From: Pseudomonadota bacterium
Lineage (GTDB): Bacteria; Bdellovibrionota; FAC87; UBA2466
NCBI GenBank assembly: GCA_043718025.1
Contig: JAYSWN010000064.1
Span: 1-12,789 of the forward strand
Direction of reading: 5' to 3'
Length of the DNA: 12,789 bases
Every line of letters starts with the position of its first letter. The first letter of the stretch is position 1. A model generated the notes under the pieces. The model was not told the DNA's origin and searched no databases. It saw nothing but the letters and a program-made list of their open reading frames with translations. A program made the position numbers and the translations under genes. Shown piece by piece: positions 9,318 to 12,789 of this stretch.

Positions 9318-10214
9318 TCAGGCGCGTCGGTCTTTCAGCAGAGTCGGCAGTCGAATTAGAACTTCAAACATCACCGACAAACTGATGAGTATAGCTTCGG
9401 GTCGGATGAAGAGCTGCTTAAGCGGAGAAAGGAGTAAGTTTCTAATAAAAAAAGGGAGAAGACTTCCTGATTTTCCGTGCAAAAAGTATAGCTGAACTAA
9501 ATTTCTTAACTTCATTCGCTTAAGCCAAAGAAGCTCAACGCCGGGTGCCGGATCGACGTGAACGGCTGTCACCTCCCCCAAAACCACCAGCGCCCCCTGT
9601 TTTTTTCGTAGCCTTTGACAAATTTCATCATCTTCAAAATACATGAAAAAGTCTTCGCGAAACCCATTCAACAGTTTCCAAGTCTCGCTTCGTCCAAACA
9701 GCAGCGCACCAGAAAGATAGCTTACCTCGCGAAGTCTAGGTACTTGCGTCCCCAAAACCTCGCCGGCATGGTGCATTTTCTTTAGATAACCATTAGAAAG
9801 ATCTACATCCCCTCCGGCCGAGCGAATCAAATTATCGCTTCGATTCAAAATTACTGGGCTCACCAACAATGGCCGCGCACTACTATTTAAATATTCAGCC
9901 ATTTTGGAAATGCAATTTGCGGAGAGAATGATGTCGTCTTCGGTAAGCAATATAAATTTTCGTTTCGCCCATTTCAGACCGCGATTCATGCCACCGGTAA
10001 AGCCAGAATTATTGGGCACCGCTAGCAGATTGACCTGATCGTAAGCAGCAACCATGTCCCTTATTTCCGCGGACCGGCCACTCAAATTGTCGACCACCAA
10101 AACCTGCAGATCGACGCCCTTCGACGCCAGAACCGACTCAATGGCCAGTTTTAGTTCGGTGGGCCGGTTATAGCTAAGAATGACTACTGATACTTCGTGC
10201 TTAATTTCCGGCAT
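9318..10214 (-). CDS. GT2 family glycosyltransferase (WbbL/rhamnosyltransferase-like subgroup)
   Basis: VSVVILSYN, VLVVDNLS, NSGFTGGMNRG, LLTEDD, YLSGA, GFREDFFMYFEDDEICQR. 14-nt overlap with the flippase gene. Confidence 0.92.
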   Translation of the reverse strand: MPEIKHEVSVVILSYNRPTELKLAIESVLASKGVDLQVLVVDNLSGRSAEIRDMVAAYDQVNLLAVPNNSGFTGGMNRGLKWAKRKFILLTEDDIILSANCISKMAEYLNSSARPLLVSPVILNRSDNLIRSAGGDVDLSNGYLKKMHHAGEVLGTQVPRLREVSYLSGALLFGRSETWKLLNGFREDFFMYFEDDEICQRLRKKQGALVVLGEVTAVHVDPAPGVELLWLKRMKLRNLVQLYFLHGKSGSLLPFFIRNLLLSPLKQLFIRPEAILISLSVMFEVLIRLPTLLKDRRA

Positions 10215-11856
10215 TGGCCTTCCCGGATTTCACTGCGACGTCTGGGTTGAGATCGCTAACGGTGGAAGAGAGTTTTTTCCAAAAGCTAATTTTTTTGAAT
10301 CGCGGAATTACATATTCACCAAGCAAGCTGCCAAAAAGAATCGGTTTCATCATAAACAGATACAAGATGGTGACGAAGAGAGCTTTAGCGATCATGCCAA
10401 AAAGCCCAAATTGCGACGGCACCATAGAAAAGCCGAAAGAGACGATCAGAACAAATAACGTGCGCCATGCCCACGCCAAGTGGGGCTGCATAACTTCTGC
10501 GAGCGAAACATCAAGGGCTAAGCATAAGCGGTACAATGACCAAGGAAGTGAAACCAAAATGATGGTGGCCGTGCTGGCCCAGACCGTTCCGAGACTCCCG
10601 GCATATTTAGTTAGCGGGATAGCGAGTAGCACCGTGAAGATTCCGGCCAACAGTGGGGCCACTACCGAATCACGATGGTAGCCAAGCCATAAACAGCCAA
10701 AGGCGGAACAAGCGGCTAACTGCCGAATTATAAGATTGATTCCCAGGGCGATGGTTAGCGCGTTACCGCCGTAGAACTCCCCTCCGACCCACCAGGGAAT
10801 AAACTGGGAATTTACCGATAGGATGGCCGCGACCAAAAAACCACTCAAAATTAAAGTGATTTGTACGATTCCTGAAAAAATTCGGAGGAAATTTTTCTTT
10901 CTATCCTCGGACACGATCTGAAACATGGTCGGAGTTGCCACACCGACAATTTGATTCGGTAAGTTGCTGGCAATGCCAAACAGCTTGTTCGTCATGGAAT
11001 AGACCGAAACCTGAGTTGGACCGGCCACCTTGCCAATAATTGTCAGATCGTTGGAGCTGGTTAGGATGTGGGTGAAATTTCCGATCATCAACCATTTTCC
11101 TTTTTCCCAATAACTACGAAATGGAATTTTGCCCAAATTGAAGTGAACCGCCCTAAAAACGAAGGGGAACTGACTCCAAATTCTAAAGCCAGCGCATAGG
11201 GGCACCACCAATTCTGCAACAGCCCAGCCAATGGCGAGCGATTTGATGCCGTAGCCGTTGGTGGCGAGAAGGTAGGTTATCGAAGTGCTGATCGTCCACG
11301 CAACCAATTGAAAGCGGGCTACTTGAATTTGGTCCTGAAGTCCCATCAAAACGTTGGTCAGGTATTTGAGAAAGAAAGTGCAAACGAGAACGCCAAGAAC
11401 GAAAAAGCAAATGCCGGTGTGCCTCTGCATCTCGGCTGGAAGCAGTATCCACGCTATCCCGCAACCGCCTAGCAGAACGGGGAGCTGAATGAGGCTGACT
11501 AGAGTAAAATTTCCAATGATTGCGCCGAAGCCAGCGTCTCGTTTTGCAGAAGCCACTTGCCCGGAGAGGGCGGCCACTTCCCGAACGAAAAGGATGCTCA
11601 TGCCAAAATCAAATATTCCGATTATCCCAATTATTTGGCCAGTGCCTAACCAGCTGCCGATCGCCGAGGCCCCCACTTCACGCACGAGAATGGGCGTAAC
11701 CGCGAGTCCGCTCATCAACATGACAATTTGGTTGAAGTACCCCATGCCAATTGCGAATAGAAAATTTTTGCTTCGCGAGGGCTGTTTTGATCCGGATTGC
11801 TTCAAAAGAGTAAATCCCTTTATGGCCGAAGGTTGCTTAAGAAATCTGTTGTTCAA
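10201..11856 (-). CDS. Wzx-like oligosaccharide flippase (MOP superfamily)
   Basis: About 12-14 hydrophobic segments, with TPILVREVG..G, DFGMS...R and D..IIGKVAGP.QV.VYS patterns typical of Wzx/PST exporters. The start is uncertain (TTG 11856 or TTG 11805). Confidence 0.88.
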   Translation of the reverse strand: MNNRFLKQPSAIKGFTLLKQSGSKQPSRSKNFLFAIGMGYFNQIVMLMSGLAVTPILVREVGASAIGSWLGTGQIIGIIGIFDFGMSILFVREVAALSGQVASAKRDAGFGAIIGNFTLVSLIQLPVLLGGCGIAWILLPAEMQRHTGICFFVLGVLVCTFFLKYLTNVLMGLQDQIQVARFQLVAWTISTSITYLLATNGYGIKSLAIGWAVAELVVPLCAGFRIWSQFPFVFRAVHFNLGKIPFRSYWEKGKWLMIGNFTHILTSSNDLTIIGKVAGPTQVSVYSMTNKLFGIASNLPNQIVGVATPTMFQIVSEDRKKNFLRIFSGIVQITLILSGFLVAAILSVNSQFIPWWVGGEFYGGNALTIALGINLIIRQLAACSAFGCLWLGYHRDSVVAPLLAGIFTVLLAIPLTKYAGSLGTVWASTATIILVSLPWSLYRLCLALDVSLAEVMQPHLAWAWRTLFVLIVSFGFSMVPSQFGLFGMIAKALFVTILYLFMMKPILFGSLLGEYVIPRFKKISFWKKLSSTVSDLNPDVAVKSGKANAGN

Positions 11857-11950
11857 TCGCGGGACCAGTTAGACTTAATATCTTAAAGTGAGTTGAAGCC
11901 GAAAGAGGCACTTAAGTTATCGGCAGTGGAGCATCTCCCCTTTAGAATAT

Positions 11951-12298
11951 ATGAAACACTTTCTCTTAATCTACTTGTTTGTTTTCATGGTCTTAGGCTG
12001 CGCAAGCTCGCCCTTAAAAAGGTTAGAGGAGTCAATGGATCCCATGGTCGGCGTCAAAAAACGCGGCGAGGTTGAGCGCCTCATTGGTGAACCCGTAAAA
12101 TGTGCGACGCAAGGCAACTTAACGCGATGCGAATACCGCACTCTGATTGGCCGTAACGATCCGGCGCCCGCCACCAGTAAGAAAGAGCCAGGTTTCGGGC
12201 CTGACCTTTCGCCGTACGAGTTTTTTGACGTCATTGAAATTTTTTATAATGAAACCGGCCTCATGACCGATTGGCGCGCCTTGTCGATTAGACACTAA
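11951..12298 (+). CDS. Small lipoprotein, possibly SmpA/OmlA(BamE)-like fold
   Basis: MKH, hydrophobic stretch and lipobox VLG-C17. G..K.EV..LIGEP...EY...IFYN..G pattern and two further Cys. Confidence 0.8.
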   Translation: MKHFLLIYLFVFMVLGCASSPLKRLEESMDPMVGVKKRGEVERLIGEPVKCATQGNLTRCEYRTLIGRNDPAPATSKKEPGFGPDLSPYEFFDVIEIFYNETGLMTDWRALSIRH

Positions 12299-12341
12299 GG
12301 GCTTCCCTTCCGAACACCGATAAGTCTTACAGAAATAAACT

Positions 12342-12789
12342 ATGGCCAAAAGCACGCCTATAATATTTTCTCCGATTGATCTGGTGGTAGCTCACTCGCT
12401 GGTCCCTGATCTTGGCGAAGTAAACTCGCCTTTTCGCCTATCGTCTTTTGCCAAACCCGATGAACTGAATCGCATTTTAGACGGGCGCACCAAAGAGGTG
12501 AACCCGTGGATTCTCATTCTCACTGACTCTGACTTAGAACTCTATAGCGCTTCGGGCGGCTGGCGCGAAGACATTCTGTCCACCGATCGCGGCGGCGTAA
12601 TCTTGCTGAGCAAAAACCTTGAATCGGCACTGATGCGTTGGGGAAAAAGACTTTCTATACTCGATGTCACCACCGAACTTGATTTTAAAAAAAACCATTC
12701 TTCAGTGCTGGCCCAGGCGGTTTCGCAACTAGATCGCTGGAGAAAAATCCGCACAAATTCAACCAGCCCCTACTCGCTAAAAAGATTAA
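12342..12789 (+). CDS. 3'-truncated CDS with N-terminal receiver-like domain (probable signalling protein)
   Basis: Manual translation from ATG 12342 is open for 149 codons to the window end (MAKSTPIIFSPIDLVVAH...WILILTDSD...GGVILLSK...SLKRL). It is absent from the ORF track because there is no stop in the window. Confidence 0.75.
   Translation, partial: MAKSTPIIFSPIDLVVAHSLVPDLGEVNSPFRLSSFAKPDELNRILDGRTKEVNPWILILTDSDLELYSASGGWREDILSTDRGGVILLSKNLESALMRWGKRLSILDVTTELDFKKNHSSVLAQAVSQLDRWRKIRTNSTSPYSLKRL

Noticed and set aside
11873..11950. TTAA-rich imperfect palindromes and TAGAAT in the flippase/lipoprotein divergent region
   Set aside because: The TTAA spacing (4 nt) differs from the 7543 site, the symmetry is imperfect, and TAGAAT is only 2 nt from the ATG.

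Overview
Bacterial chromosomal window devoted mostly to cell-envelope glycan synthesis. A housekeeping kdsB-pyrG pair (minus strand, 4500-6982) is flanked by two accessory glycan modules. Left module: a translationally coupled minus-strand operon of WecD-like GNAT acyltransferase, acyl carrier protein, short adenylate-forming ligase and FabG-like SDR. It is transcribed divergently from a GtrB/ArnC-type polyprenyl-phosphate glycosyltransferase and converges on a 5'-truncated ORF that resembles the periplasmic tail of a GT-C enzyme. Right module: Wzx-type flippase, GT2 and FkbM methyltransferase, the last with its own extended -10 promoter. Also present are a 98-aa orphan, a Cys-rich secreted protein, a small lipoprotein and a 3'-truncated ORF missing from the ORF track that starts with a pseudo-receiver-like domain. 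The best candidate for an undescribed system is a ketosynthase-free, ACP-dependent route that makes an N-acyl-aminosugar and delivers it on a lipid carrier to a surface glycan. This is inference from motifs and gene order only. The gene style suggests a delta-proteobacterial/Bdellovibrionota-like Gram-negative host (weak inference). I saw no rRNA, tRNA, CRISPR array or mobile element.
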